Source: Deltaproteobacteria bacterium (GTDB taxonomy: Bacteria; Desulfobacterota; Syntrophia; Syntrophales; JAAYKM01). From it: a stretch of DNA of 64,000 nucleotides. The notes beneath the pieces were generated by a model. That model had not been told where the DNA came from and made no database searches. It saw only the letters and a list, made by a program, of their open reading frames with translations. The DNA is taken from positions 2,915-66,914 of the forward strand of contig JAAYKM010000047.1 in NCBI GenBank assembly GCA_012522415.1, read 5' to 3'. Position numbers and translations under genes: made by a program. The first letter of the stretch is position 1, and every line of letters starts with the position of its first letter. This document shows, in pieces, positions 8,412 through 18,681 of this stretch.

Positions 8412-11087
8412 TTACAGTTTTCGCTCAACTTTTTCCATACTGTAGGTCTCAATGATATCTCCCGGTTTCAGATCGTTGAAGCCCTCGATCCCGATACCGC
8501 ATTCAAACCCACTGAGCACTTCCTTGGCATCATCCTTAAACCGGCGCAACGACAGAATTTTGCCGTCGAAAATCTGGACGCCATCCCGGACAAGACGCGC
8601 ATTGGCCCTGCGTGTAATTTTTCCTTCCAGGACAAAGCTGCCGGCAATCGTCCCGATCTTCGGTACACGGAAGAGCTCACGTACCTCCGCTTTTCCTTGG
8701 CTAACCTCTTTATATTCCGGATCCAGGAGCCCCTCCATGGCGGCCCGCACATCGGCAATGGCATTGTAAATGATATCGTAAAGTTTGATATCGACACCCT
8801 CTTGCTCGGCAATCTCCACCACCCGGGTATCGGGACGTACGTTGAACCCGATGATGATTGCGTTTGATGCGGAGGCCAGCATGACGTCCGTTTCTGTAAT
8901 CGTTCCCGGCGAACTGTGAATGATGTTGAGTTTGATGTCACTCGTGCTGAGTTTCGTCAAGGCATCCCCCAGGGCCTCTATCGACCCCTGGACATCCGCC
9001 TTGAGGATGACGTTCAGATCCTTCACACCTTCCCTGATCTTCTGGTAAAGCTGCTCGAGAGTGATCTTGGAGGTTGACGCAAGTTCTTTTTCCCGTTCTT
9101 TTTTTATCCAGTATTCAGCAATGCCGCGTGCCTTCTTCTCATCTTCCACACCCACAAATTCGGCACTGGCCTGGGGCACGCTGGAAAAACCGATTACTTC
9201 TACCGGCGTGGAAGGGCCCGCCTCTTTAACGCGACCCCCCTGATCGCTGTACATGGCCCGTACACGGCCCCATTCCGTCTTGGATACAAAAGCGTCACCT
9301 TCCCGTAGTGTCCCTTCCTGAATCAGGACCGTGGCCACGGCGCCCCGCCCTTTATCCAGCTTGGCTTCCACGATAACACCCCGAGCAGGCAGATCGGGAT
9401 CAGCTTTCAAATCAAGCATGTCCGCCTGCAAAAGAATCATTTCCAAAAGGTCTTCAATGCCCTCTTGTTTTTTGGCCGACACTTCACAGAAAATCGTATC
9501 GCCTCCCCATTCCTCGGGAATGAGATTGTGTTCCGTCAGACCCTGCTTGATTTTTCCCGGATCGGCGCCAGTCTTGTCCACTTTGTTGACCGCCACCAGG
9601 ATCGGCACCTCGGCAACGCGGGAATGGTTAATCGCCTCCACGGTCTGTTCCATAACGCCATCATCTGCCGCCACGACCAATACAACGATGTCCGTCACCT
9701 TGGCACCTCTGGCACGCATTGCCGTAAACGCCTCATGCCCCGGCGTGTCAAGGAAAACGATATCGCGTCCCTTGAGCCGTACATGATAGGCGCCGATAGC
9801 CTGGGTGATGCCACCGGCTTCCCCGTCGATGACATTTGTTTTCCGGATCGCGTCCAGCAGGGACGTTTTGCCATGGTCGACATGACCCATGATGGTCACA
9901 ACGGGACCACGAGGTTTGAGGTTCTTTGACGCCTGCCTCGTTTTCAGGATCGCCTCCTCGAATTCATGACCCGCCCCCGCCGCCTCCACCTGGTAGTCGA
10001 ATTCCAGGGCGATCAGACTGGCTGCGTCGAAATCGATAGACTGATTGATGGTTGCCATGATACCGATTTTCATCAATTTGTTGATCACATCCCCCGCCTT
10101 CACTCCCATTTTTTTGGCCATTTCTCCTACACTGATCGCCTCGTCAATCTTGATCCGGCGCTTGATTGCCTTGGGAGTCGTGATCTGCGTCTTCTTCATT
10201 TTGATGGGAGCGATTTTTTTCTCCTCCCACCATCGTACGGATTTCTCTTCCGTTTCGATCTCGATGTGGCGACCTTTTTTATCGGCGGATTTTTTCAGGA
10301 AGGATTTTTTCTTAGCCGGAACCACCTCTTCAACGCGCGTCTCCAGGGGGGCTTTTTTCTTCTTTCGCCCCTTGTCTTCTTCGGCCTCAGTCTGCGACGG
10401 TTTTTCCGCTCCATCAGATACGGGATCCTTAACGGTTCTCAAGGGTTCCGTTTTCTTCTCCGGAAACTGCGGTGCAGACGGGGACACAACACCCCTCGGT
10501 TCCTCGCCTGTGAGCTCGCCGGGACCGGCTATCTGAGCGGCTTCCGGGCCCAGCCTCGCTCCGGGATGCCCCCCCTTCTTCCTTCCGTCAACCCGCATGA
10601 CTTTTTCTTCCGTTTCCGGGACAGGGGGCATCCGTACAGCGGTTTCTTTGATTCTAGCCGCTGCAGGGCTGTCGCCTTCATGGGAAACTTCCTGCTCAAC
10701 CGGTTTTTTCGCTTTTACAGCGGGCTTCGATAAGATCACGGGTTCCGCCCTTGTTTCCATATCCGTTCCCTTCACATCGACTTCTCCCCCACCGGCGGGG
10801 ATTTCCGTTCCCTTGACCGGCACCTCTTTTTCCGGCGTCTCTACCCTTTCCTCTTCTGCGGACGGACGCACCGCCCGGCGACGAATAATGGTTGAGGTGA
10901 TCCTTTTTTCCTCCACTTCTTGAGGATCAACACCTCGAATTTCCCGGATGATGCGTTCAACATCGCCGTCCTCGAGAGTACTTGAGTGGGATTTTACCGC
11001 AATGCCCATTTTCTCCACGCGAGAGATCAATTCCTTATTTTCAAGGCCCAGCTCCCTGGCCACTTCATACACTCTCTTTTTTGCCAT
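8412..11087 (-). CDS. infB: translation initiation factor IF-2
   Basis: 891 aa with GTPase motifs [20 protein letters not shown] and NKVD, a charged low-complexity N-terminal region, and a position downstream of nusA. Confidence 0.97.
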   Translation of the reverse strand: MAKKRVYEVARELGLENKELISRVEKMGIAVKSHSSTLEDGDVERIIREIRGVDPQEVEEKRITSTIIRRRAVRPSAEEERVETPEKEVPVKGTEIPAGGGEVDVKGTDMETRAEPVILSKPAVKAKKPVEQEVSHEGDSPAAARIKETAVRMPPVPETEEKVMRVDGRKKGGHPGARLGPEAAQIAGPGELTGEEPRGVVSPSAPQFPEKKTEPLRTVKDPVSDGAEKPSQTEAEEDKGRKKKKAPLETRVEEVVPAKKKSFLKKSADKKGRHIEIETEEKSVRWWEEKKIAPIKMKKTQITTPKAIKRRIKIDEAISVGEMAKKMGVKAGDVINKLMKIGIMATINQSIDFDAASLIALEFDYQVEAAGAGHEFEEAILKTRQASKNLKPRGPVVTIMGHVDHGKTSLLDAIRKTNVIDGEAGGITQAIGAYHVRLKGRDIVFLDTPGHEAFTAMRARGAKVTDIVVLVVAADDGVMEQTVEAINHSRVAEVPILVAVNKVDKTGADPGKIKQGLTEHNLIPEEWGGDTIFCEVSAKKQEGIEDLLEMILLQADMLDLKADPDLPARGVIVEAKLDKGRGAVATVLIQEGTLREGDAFVSKTEWGRVRAMYSDQGGRVKEAGPSTPVEVIGFSSVPQASAEFVGVEDEKKARGIAEYWIKKEREKELASTSKITLEQLYQKIREGVKDLNVILKADVQGSIEALGDALTKLSTSDIKLNIIHSSPGTITETDVMLASASNAIIIGFNVRPDTRVVEIAEQEGVDIKLYDIIYNAIADVRAAMEGLLDPEYKEVSQGKAEVRELFRVPKIGTIAGSFVLEGKITRRANARLVRDGVQIFDGKILSLRRFKDDAKEVLSGFECGIGIEGFNDLKPGDIIETYSMEKVERKL

Positions 11088-11145
11088 ACCCTACACTCTC
11101 CTGCGATGTGACGTACCTCGTTATTCGCTTATCGAAATATTCATT

Positions 11146-12411
11146 TTACTGCTTCTCGTCGTCCAGTTCCTGCTCCAGCAGCATGGTGGCCTCATGGATC
11201 CAGCCCCGGGCCTGCTCTTCACTGATGCCGAGAATGGCCGACAGCATTTCGGGCCCTGCCGCGGCAACGGCCGCAACACTCCGCACCCCCTCGTTAAACA
11301 GGCATTCCGCCAACTCCTCACTGATTCCCGGTATCTTTGTCAGAACGGCAAATTCTTCTTCCATCCCGCTGGCCTCCAGGGTTTCACTCTTGACATCCAG
11401 TTTCCAGCCGGTCAGTTTAACAGCCAAACGTACATTCTGGCCGTTTTTGCCGATGGCCAGAGAGAGTTGGTCATCAGGCACCACAACCAGCATGGAGTGA
11501 TGTTCGTCGTCAACGAGAACACGGCTCACCTTCGCCGGGGACAGGGCACTGCAGACATACTGGACAGGGTCGTCCGAGAATGGCACGATATCTATTTTTT
11601 CCCCCCGCAGCTCCTGCACCACACTCTGGACACGGGACCCCCGCATCCCAACACAGGCGCCAACGGGATCGATATCCTTGTCGTGGGTCCGGACAGATAT
11701 CTTCGATCTTTTACCCGGCTCCCGGGCGACATTAACGATCTCAATCATGCCCTCAGAAATTTCAGGCACCTCGATTTCAAACAGGGCACGCAGGAAATGC
11801 GGATGGGTTCGGGATAAAATGATCTGAGGCCCTTTGGTAATTCGTTTGACCTCCAGCAGATAAGCCCTGATCCGTTCACCCCGCTTGTGGATCTCCCGGT
11901 GTATCTGTTCGGACGTCGGGATAACCCCCTCCGCACGCCCCAGGTTGACGATGACGCTTCCTCCCTCGAAACGCTGAACGAAACCATTGGCAATTTCGCC
12001 CTTGCGATCCTTGTATTCTTCATAGACGTTGTCACGCTCCGCGTCCTTGACCCGCTGAATGATAATTTGCTTCGCCGTCTGAACCGCGATACGGCCGAAG
12101 GTGGAGGCATCGATCTTGGATCCGAGGCTGTCTCCCACTTCCGCTCCCGCGTCCAGTTCCTGCCTGGCGTAAGCCAGGGGTATTTCGGTGTCAGGATCGG
12201 TAACCGTCTCCACGACAACCTTGAACTGGAAGACCTCAATTTCTCCCGTTTCTTCATTATAGTGGGCTTCGACATCGACCTGAGATCCCAGCTTCTTCCG
12301 TGCGGCGGACAGCGTGGCGGCCTCCAGCGCTTCGATGATGATCTCCTTTTCCAGGCCCCTGTCCTTACCCGTCTGTTCGATCAGACGTTTAAGCTCCGGC
12401 AGCATTGCCAC
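11146..12411 (-). CDS. nusA: transcription termination/antitermination factor NusA
   Basis: 421 aa with the N-terminal domain, S1 and two KH regions (GACVGMRGSRVQ, AIGKNGQNVRLA). It lies between rimP and infB. Confidence 0.96.
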   Translation of the reverse strand: MAMLPELKRLIEQTGKDRGLEKEIIIEALEAATLSAARKKLGSQVDVEAHYNEETGEIEVFQFKVVVETVTDPDTEIPLAYARQELDAGAEVGDSLGSKIDASTFGRIAVQTAKQIIIQRVKDAERDNVYEEYKDRKGEIANGFVQRFEGGSVIVNLGRAEGVIPTSEQIHREIHKRGERIRAYLLEVKRITKGPQIILSRTHPHFLRALFEIEVPEISEGMIEIVNVAREPGKRSKISVRTHDKDIDPVGACVGMRGSRVQSVVQELRGEKIDIVPFSDDPVQYVCSALSPAKVSRVLVDDEHHSMLVVVPDDQLSLAIGKNGQNVRLAVKLTGWKLDVKSETLEASGMEEEFAVLTKIPGISEELAECLFNEGVRSVAAVAAAGPEMLSAILGISEEQARGWIHEATMLLEQELDDEKQ

Positions 12412-12501
12412 AAAAACCTCCCTTTCGATGATTTACGTTATCCTTGATTGCTTTGCCTTCCCAGCTGGAAAAACGGACAGCATGCACGCTTTCCGGCCAA
12501 A

Positions 12502-12978
12502 TCAGATTACATACTCCAAGTTCGCCTTGACAAAGGCCTCTCGCGGAATACGATATGTTTTTTCACCTACCCCGATCACGAGTACCTTGGCGCCCCCCTC
12601 TTCCAGATAGTCCAGCAGTTTTCCCCTAAAATGTTTCGTTCCATCGATTTTCCGGTCCGTTTTCACCCTGATCGTGGCGCCCCGGTATGTCAAAAAATCC
12701 CGATCGCGAAACAGGGGACGATCCAAGCCCGGTGATGACACCTCCAGGGTATAGGGGCCCGGCGATACATCATATACGTCCAGAACGTCTCCCGCCTGAT
12801 CGCTGATCAGGGAGCAGTCATCCAGGGTAATTCCCCCTTCCCGGTCCAGATAAATCCGAATGATCCAGCGGGAGGGCATCCGGAGACACTCGACATAAAT
12901 CAACTCCATCCCGTTGGCTTCCACCAGAGGTTCCAGAAGCGCCCAAACCCTGTCTCGCTGTGTATCCACAGGTGCCAT
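12502..12978 (-). CDS. rimP: ribosome maturation factor RimP
   Basis: The RimP-like sequence begins at the internal ATG 12978 (MAPVDTQRDRVWALLEPLV...LEVSSPGLDRPL). The extra 76 N-terminal codons in the ORF track run through an intrinsic terminator and are rejected. Confidence 0.88.
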   Translation of the reverse strand: MAPVDTQRDRVWALLEPLVEANGMELIYVECLRMPSRWIIRIYLDREGGITLDDCSLISDQAGDVLDVYDVSPGPYTLEVSSPGLDRPLFRDRDFLTYRGATIRVKTDRKIDGTKHFRGKLLDYLEEGGAKVLVIGVGEKTYRIPREAFVKANLEYVI

Positions 12979-12993
12979 ATTCCCTTTAGAAAC

Positions 12994-13016
12994 AAAAAAA
13001 GTGGGCAACGCCCACT
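12994..13016 (-). terminator. Rho-independent terminator in the rimP-nusA-infB leader
   Basis: The minus strand reads AGUGGGC-GUU-GCCCACU followed by UUUUUU-G-UU (7-bp GC-rich stem, 3-nt loop, U-tract). It ends about 12 nt before the rimP ATG. Confidence 0.7.
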
Positions 13017-13315
13017 CATCAACCTTTCTCGCTGAATTGGTCGTCCTTCTACCACATGTTTCGATCCCATGCAAGACAAAATTTCCCAAAGGTTGAGGGC
13101 ATTCGTGCATTTGCGAAAACCCCGAGGAACAAAATTTCAAAAGTAACACCTCAATGCCGAAAAAATTCCTGGATACACCATAGAAACCCACTGAAAAAAG
13201 ATCCATCCTGTGCTAAGAACAGGGAAGTCAGGACAAACTTACAGGATTGCCCGCATGCCCTCGAAATAACAAAGGGTAAAAACCGTTGCAGGCCTGACAT
13301 GATCAAATATAAGGG

Positions 13316-14656
13316 ATGTTGTATTTGAAACCCGTCGTCGCCATCGTCGGCCGGCCGAATGTCGGCAAATCGACCCTTTTCAACCGTATGGCCGGGCGAA
13401 ACCGTGCCATTGTCATCGATGAACCGGGTGCCACCCGGGATCGAAACTACGCAGCCTGTACCTGGCTGGACAGGCCCTACACTCTGATCGACACAGGGGG
13501 CTTTGAACCGGCCGCGACGGAGAGGATCTTTCTCCAAATGCGTGAACAGACCCGGCTCGCCATCGAGGAGGCGGACATCATCCTCTTTTTAATGGACGTA
13601 AGACAGGGACTCACGCCGTCGGACAGGGAGATTGCACATATCCTCCGGGAAACAAAAAAACCCGTTTATCATGTGATCAATAAGGTCGACGGACCACGCC
13701 ATGAAAGCCTGGCTTACGAATTCCACGGACTGGGCATCGACCGGATTTACACCATTTCGGCCCAGCACGGGGTGGGCGTTTCCGACCTCATGAACGCTCT
13801 GGCCGTGCATCTTCCCGAAAGCCTACCCCCCCCAGAGGATGGAGATGAACGTGTGAGGATCGCCGTCATCGGCAAACCCAACGTCGGGAAATCGTCCCTG
13901 GTGAACAAGATCCTGGGGTTCGAGCGGGCCATCGTCACCGATATTACCGGTACAACCCGGGATGCAATCGATACCCCCTTCACGATTAACGGAAGACCAT
14001 ACAGCCTGATCGACACGGCAGGTATGCGAAGAAAAAGCCGGGTCAGCCTCGTCCTGGAAAAGTACAGTGTGGTCCAGGCCATGAAGACCCTGGACCGGTG
14101 TGATATCGCCCTCCATCTGATCGACGCCCAGGAGGGAATCACCGAACAGGATGCAAAAATCGCCGGCCTGGCCCTGGAACGGGGAGTGGCGATGATCCTC
14201 CTCGTCAACAAATGGGACCTGGTGACAAAGGACAACAGCACCGTCGGCCAGTACGTGAGGGATATCAAGGAACAGCTCAAATTCCTTGATTTTGCACCGA
14301 TTCTGTTTGTTTCCGCAGAGACGGGCCAGCGGGTCCACCGAATATTCCAGATTGTCGAAGAGGTGTACGCGGAAGCCACGAAGCGGATCAACACGGGAGA
14401 GTTAAACCGGGCCATGAGGAATTTTCTCGAAAATAACCCGCCGCCCCGCGCCCATTTGAAGGCTAATCCCCTCCACTACGTGACCCAGGTGGCGATCAAG
14501 CCACCGACTTTCGTCTTTTTCGTCAGCAATCCCTCAGATGTCCATTTTTCTCATGAACGATATCTGGTCAACCGACTACGGGAAACTTTCGGTTTCGGGC
14601 ACGTGCCCATCCGGATCTTCTTCCGTCGGAAGAAGAAGGACAAAAAGGACAAATAA
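13316..14656 (+). CDS. der: ribosome-associated GTPase Der (EngA)
   Basis: 446 aa with two tandem GTPase domains (GRPNVGKSTLFN and GKPNVGKSSLVN; DTGG and DTAG; NKVD and NKWD) and a KH-like C-terminus. An alternative TTG start at 13325 has better spacing to AAGGGA. Confidence 0.95.
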   Translation: MLYLKPVVAIVGRPNVGKSTLFNRMAGRNRAIVIDEPGATRDRNYAACTWLDRPYTLIDTGGFEPAATERIFLQMREQTRLAIEEADIILFLMDVRQGLTPSDREIAHILRETKKPVYHVINKVDGPRHESLAYEFHGLGIDRIYTISAQHGVGVSDLMNALAVHLPESLPPPEDGDERVRIAVIGKPNVGKSSLVNKILGFERAIVTDITGTTRDAIDTPFTINGRPYSLIDTAGMRRKSRVSLVLEKYSVVQAMKTLDRCDIALHLIDAQEGITEQDAKIAGLALERGVAMILLVNKWDLVTKDNSTVGQYVRDIKEQLKFLDFAPILFVSAETGQRVHRIFQIVEEVYAEATKRINTGELNRAMRNFLENNPPPRAHLKANPLHYVTQVAIKPPTFVFFVSNPSDVHFSHERYLVNRLRETFGFGHVPIRIFFRRKKKDKKDK

Positions 14657-14876
14657 GCGAAGGGGGCGTGTAAAATATAGTTCGCAATGTTGGTTACCCC
14701 AAGAGGGCATCGATATCTTCTAAGAAGGTGTTTTGAAAAACGCTACTGACAGGAAGCAGAGCAATACCAAGGATATACAGCGTATACTCGGCAAGCCTCG
14801 TCTTGACGAAGCAACGGCGAGGGGGGCTTTATGGAAGCAGTTCGGTGGATTCGGGGGATAATAATGGCTTGTTGGC

Positions 14877-16124
14877 TTGCTCTATGAAAGGCATTACGGT
14901 GTTTCATGTAAAAAATATCATTCATCCAAAGTCATGGCGGTAGCAGTTGTGTCCAAAGGTAAAATCAATGTTGCCTGGCTTTCTCAACGATATATTGAAG
15001 GGGATTCTTGCTTTCCCGGCAATACCCAGGTCATGGACAAATTGAGTGAACAAAACTTCAATTTGGCGTTTATTTATCTGGGGAAAAGCAGCAGCGCACC
15101 CAACATACTGGAAACACTTGGATACAAGGTGACTTACCTCAGACAGTCGCGGGCGATGAAGGTTTTAGATTCTGTTACGCTGTGGAAACTTATTAGATAT
15201 TTGAGAGATAATCCCACCGATATTCTTCATTGCCATCGCCATAAGGCAACACTTTACGGATCGCTTGCCGCATGGGTTGCCGGGGTGCCGGTTGTTTTTG
15301 CCCATGTCCATGGCTTGAAGCGGACCCGGACCATCCTTCGGCGCTTCACTAATCGAATCATACACAATAAAGTGACTAATATCATAGCGGTTTCAGATGC
15401 GGTTCGGGAAGACGTGATTGCGTTCAATCCGTCCTTGCCTCGGGAGAAGGTTTTAACCATCAGAAATTCCATCGATGTTGATAAGTTTTCTCATGTCCGT
15501 ATTGGCAAACAGGAAGCCAGAACAATGCTCGGTTTACCTAAGGAATCGTTTATCTTTGGTACGGTTGGGCGGTTAGTCCCAACCAAAGGTCAGTCTTATC
15601 TGATTGATGCCTTTGCACGGGTGCGGCGGTCCGTATCAAACGCACATCTGGTTTTTGTCGGAGAAGGACCGCTGGAATCTATATTGCGACATCAGGCTGC
15701 CGATCTCGGTTGCCTCGACGTCACCACCTTTACCGGTCAAAGAAACGATATTCCCATCCTGCTTCGCGCATTTGACTGTTTTCTATTGCCATCGATAGCT
15801 GAGGGGCTCGGTTTGTCATTGCTTGAAGCGATGGCTGCATCGCTTCCGTGTATCGCATCAAATATCGGGGGAATTCCTGAAATTATCATTAACGAAACAC
15901 TGGGCCACTTAGTTCCCGCCAAGGACCCTGAAGCACTCGCCGAAGCAATGATGAATTGTGTTGATGCCTCAGAAGATGCACGCCATGAAATGGGAAGAGC
16001 GGCGTCTGATCTGGTGAAAACATCTTTTTCTACCGATATTTACGTTAAAAGAATCCAACAGCTTTATGAAACCGCGTTGTCTGAAAAGAAAGGGAAATCC
16101 TGCTTGATCACGGGAAGCCTCTAG
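14877..16124 (+). CDS. glycosyltransferase family 4 (GT-B fold); 5' end probably frameshifted
   Basis: The C-terminal half has the GT4 signature (GRLVPTKGQSYLIDAF...LLPSIAEGLGLSLLEAMA...P). The expected N-terminal strand (MKGITVFHV...) is encoded in a different frame at 14884-14943. The region looks more A+T-rich than its neighbours by eye. Confidence 0.7.
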   Translation: MLYERHYGVSCKKYHSSKVMAVAVVSKGKINVAWLSQRYIEGDSCFPGNTQVMDKLSEQNFNLAFIYLGKSSSAPNILETLGYKVTYLRQSRAMKVLDSVTLWKLIRYLRDNPTDILHCHRHKATLYGSLAAWVAGVPVVFAHVHGLKRTRTILRRFTNRIIHNKVTNIIAVSDAVREDVIAFNPSLPREKVLTIRNSIDVDKFSHVRIGKQEARTMLGLPKESFIFGTVGRLVPTKGQSYLIDAFARVRRSVSNAHLVFVGEGPLESILRHQAADLGCLDVTTFTGQRNDIPILLRAFDCFLLPSIAEGLGLSLLEAMAASLPCIASNIGGIPEIIINETLGHLVPAKDPEALAEAMMNCVDASEDARHEMGRAASDLVKTSFSTDIYVKRIQQLYETALSEKKGKSCLITGSL

Positions 16125-16588
16125 CCAAAAGGACAGGGGAATGGTCCAGTCAGGCCAGAGCCGAGAAACAGATCTTTACCCTTTGACACCGACTCAGACT
16201 GCACCTTTCGAAATTTTTTCACTATTTTGTTGCACCCTATGAGAACGGCGTTCGATTGTTCTTACGGACTTCGGCAGACCAACCTATCTGCGAACCTCTG
16301 TCATGATGGGTTCATCGGACACCTATTCCAGAAATGCATCCCCGGCAAAACACATTCTGTTCGTCTGGAGTTAACAGCATAGATGGGCTCACTCGAGAAA
16401 TTCGAGTATATTGAACAAAGACGACCGAGAGACGTTACACCTCTTACTCGATCATGGGGATTCCTCGTAACGCGCGCATATGCTTGCCGTTTAGGCGCCT
16501 CCCGTTGGCCCGGGAAACGGATAAGCCGGACATGTCGGGTGACGCCGAACCGGACGGGGCTGCAAAAGGCCTTGCAATGGTCTTGCTT

Positions 16589-17398
16589 TTAAGGCTTTCC
16601 AGCTGGACGGCCCCCCTCAAGTATCCCCGTTTCGGGTGACGGTGGTTCGGGCGTTTTCAGCATCGTCTGATCCTTCGCCTCATCATCAGCCAAGAAGACC
16701 TCGATCAGAGGAATATTGGCGCCGCGCACGGCTTTTCCGTTTATAAAATAGACCGGTGTCCCCGTCATACCGATTTTCACGCCCAGTTCCTTCCAGCTTT
16801 TTATAAGGGCTTCGACCTCCGGATCCTGACAGGTGCCCGGAATGGCTTCCTCGTCATATTTTCCCGCCATGACCTTTTCGTACATATTCAGCCGATCCTC
16901 GGCACAGAGAATATGTCGGACCTTTTGTTCCGATTCCGCTGAAAGCGGCCAGAACAGGATATAACGGGTCACATCGTTCCTGTCGGAGAAATATTTCGCA
17001 CCGGTGCGGCAATAGGGACAGTCGGGATCCGTAATCTCGACAACCATGTGTTTCCCCTTACCGGCCCTGATCGCCATATCCAGAGGGATCTCCCCGTAAT
17101 GGCGGGATAAGAGTTCCCCCTTGACCTCCTCGGTCATGTTGATACCGCCTCCGGCGATCATTTCACCTGTAATCAGGATGCCATTCTCGGGCAGGTAATA
17201 AACGACCTCCTGCCCGGCGTAGATGACAGCGAAGATACCCTTGACCGGTGTCGATTGGACGCTGTCGAAGATAAAATCCGGAAAATCCTTTCTCAGGGTT
17301 TCTTCCGTGGTTTCAGCCCGGAGGATCGTAGCGGGAAAGATCAAAAAGATAAATAAGGCGCAAACAACTGTTACGGCAACCCTGGTCGGCTTATGCAT
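16589..17398 (-). CDS. DsbC/DsbG-like periplasmic thiol:disulfide interchange protein (thioredoxin fold)
   Basis: The start is set at ATG 17398 (MHKPTRVAVTVVCALFIFLIF..., signal-peptide-like) with AGGAGAG 6-7 nt upstream. It has a CPYC active site (DPDCPYCR) and a downstream TGTPV motif. Confidence 0.75.
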   Translation of the reverse strand: MHKPTRVAVTVVCALFIFLIFPATILRAETTEETLRKDFPDFIFDSVQSTPVKGIFAVIYAGQEVVYYLPENGILITGEMIAGGGINMTEEVKGELLSRHYGEIPLDMAIRAGKGKHMVVEITDPDCPYCRTGAKYFSDRNDVTRYILFWPLSAESEQKVRHILCAEDRLNMYEKVMAGKYDEEAIPGTCQDPEVEALIKSWKELGVKIGMTGTPVYFINGKAVRGANIPLIEVFLADDEAKDQTMLKTPEPPSPETGILEGGRPAGKP

Positions 17399-17548
17399 GG
17401 CATCTCTCCTATCGTGAAAATGGGCGTTGCGCTTCTTGTTCCGAGTCGTATACAATCCCTCCGACATGGTGTCAAGATGGAAGCTCGGAAGCGGTATCTT
17501 TTCACTACGAGATTTAATTATGAAGACGCCTTGCGTAACGGATCCGTC

Positions 17549-18598
17549 ATGATCGTCCCCGTTTTTCTTATGAATAAGGGATGCCCCCATCGTTGCATCT
17601 TCTGTAACACCAGGCAAATTGCGGGCAAAACCGAAGAACCGCTGACCAAAGACCATCTGCGCCGACGAGTTGCCCGTTGTATTTCACCGGGCCGACACGC
17701 CGGCGGTCCCGTGGAACTCGCTTTTTACGGCGGGAACTTTACAGGCATGCCAAAGCGGGAACAGGCCCGGCTCCTGGAAATAACCAACACCCTCATGGAA
17801 GAAGATCTCATTCACCGGGTGCGGATTGCCACCCGGCCGGATGATCTGCCGCCAGACACCCTCGCATTTCTCTCTCAACACCGGGTCGGCACCATTGAAA
17901 TCGGCGTCCAATCGATGATCGACGATGTCTTGGAACGATCCCGGCGGGGGCACACTGCAGAAGACGTCGTCAGGTCTGTCCGTCTGGCGAAAGAGCGGGG
18001 ATTTGCCGTGAGTGTCCACCTGATGGCGGGGCTTCCAGGTGACACGGAGGAATATTTCGCAGAAACCATACGGAAAATCATCGCGCTGAAACCGGATATG
18101 GCCCGCCTCCACCCCACCCTGGTCTTTCCGGAAACGACGCTCGCTGCCATGTACACGGCGGGCGAATATCTGCCCCTGACCATGGCGAACGCCATCTCAC
18201 TTTGCAAGAGGGCTCTGACGCAATTTGACAAGGCCGGAATTCCCTTGATCCGTCTGGGCCTTCAGGAAACCGAGTTGATGAAGATGCCAGGCGGAATTCT
18301 GGCAGGTCCTTTCCATCCGGCTTTCCGCTCTCTCGTGGAGGCGTCGATTTTCCTGGACATGGCCGTGCAGCTCCTCCTCAAGTACAACGCTATGGAAAAA
18401 CGGGTATGTTTTTCCGTTTGTCCCCGGGATATTTCTTCCTTTCGGGGTGAAAGAAACGGTAACATCCATGCGCTGATGACTCGCTTCAAGTTAAACGACA
18501 TCACGATTCAGCCTGATCCCGCCCTGGAGCGGGGCACTCTGGTTCTCGCCCTGGCACATCACGGTTCACAACAACTGCGGCGAATGGACCAGAACTAG
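17549..18598 (+). CDS. ELP3-like radical SAM protein
   Basis: CPHRCIFCN (CxxxCxxC) lies about 12 codons after ATG 17549, followed by an ELP3-type core (IEIGVQS, LMAGLPGDT). The start is uncertain because there is no clear RBS. Other in-frame candidates are 17393 and 17477. Confidence 0.75.
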   Translation: MIVPVFLMNKGCPHRCIFCNTRQIAGKTEEPLTKDHLRRRVARCISPGRHAGGPVELAFYGGNFTGMPKREQARLLEITNTLMEEDLIHRVRIATRPDDLPPDTLAFLSQHRVGTIEIGVQSMIDDVLERSRRGHTAEDVVRSVRLAKERGFAVSVHLMAGLPGDTEEYFAETIRKIIALKPDMARLHPTLVFPETTLAAMYTAGEYLPLTMANAISLCKRALTQFDKAGIPLIRLGLQETELMKMPGGILAGPFHPAFRSLVEASIFLDMAVQLLLKYNAMEKRVCFSVCPRDISSFRGERNGNIHALMTRFKLNDITIQPDPALERGTLVLALAHHGSQQLRRMDQN

Positions 18599-18681
18599 GC
18601 GTGGCGGTTGCGTTCCCCCAGCTTACATGCTATGTGGCCTTGTAGTTGGTGTCAGCGATCTCCCAGATAAGGAGTTGCATC

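Noticed and set aside
10000-10950. Repetitive, charged Lys/Glu/Pro-rich coding in the 5' third of infB, considered as a possible tandem repeat element.
   Set aside because: This is the normal low-complexity N-terminal region of IF-2. No exact nucleotide tandem repeat is visible.
12979-13206. N-terminal extensions proposed by the ORF track for rimP. The same applies to recA (29160-29318), msbA (50400-50501), cinA (27022-27150), the DsbC-like gene (17399-17656), the DUF39 gene (1408-1596), def and the 41313-41846 ORF.
   Set aside because: The extensions have non-protein-like composition. They overlap upstream genes or terminators, and they precede internal starts that have good RBSs and give the canonical family N-termini.
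16141-16374. A short plus-strand reading frame, MVQSGQSRETDLYPLTPTQ...YLRTS.., whose YPLTPxQ and LRTS strings recall NRPS condensation-domain motifs C1 and C2. This raised the idea of a degraded NRPS gene remnant.
   Set aside because: The two motifs are too close together and an in-frame stop lies between them. There is no further similarity, and matches this short are expected by chance.
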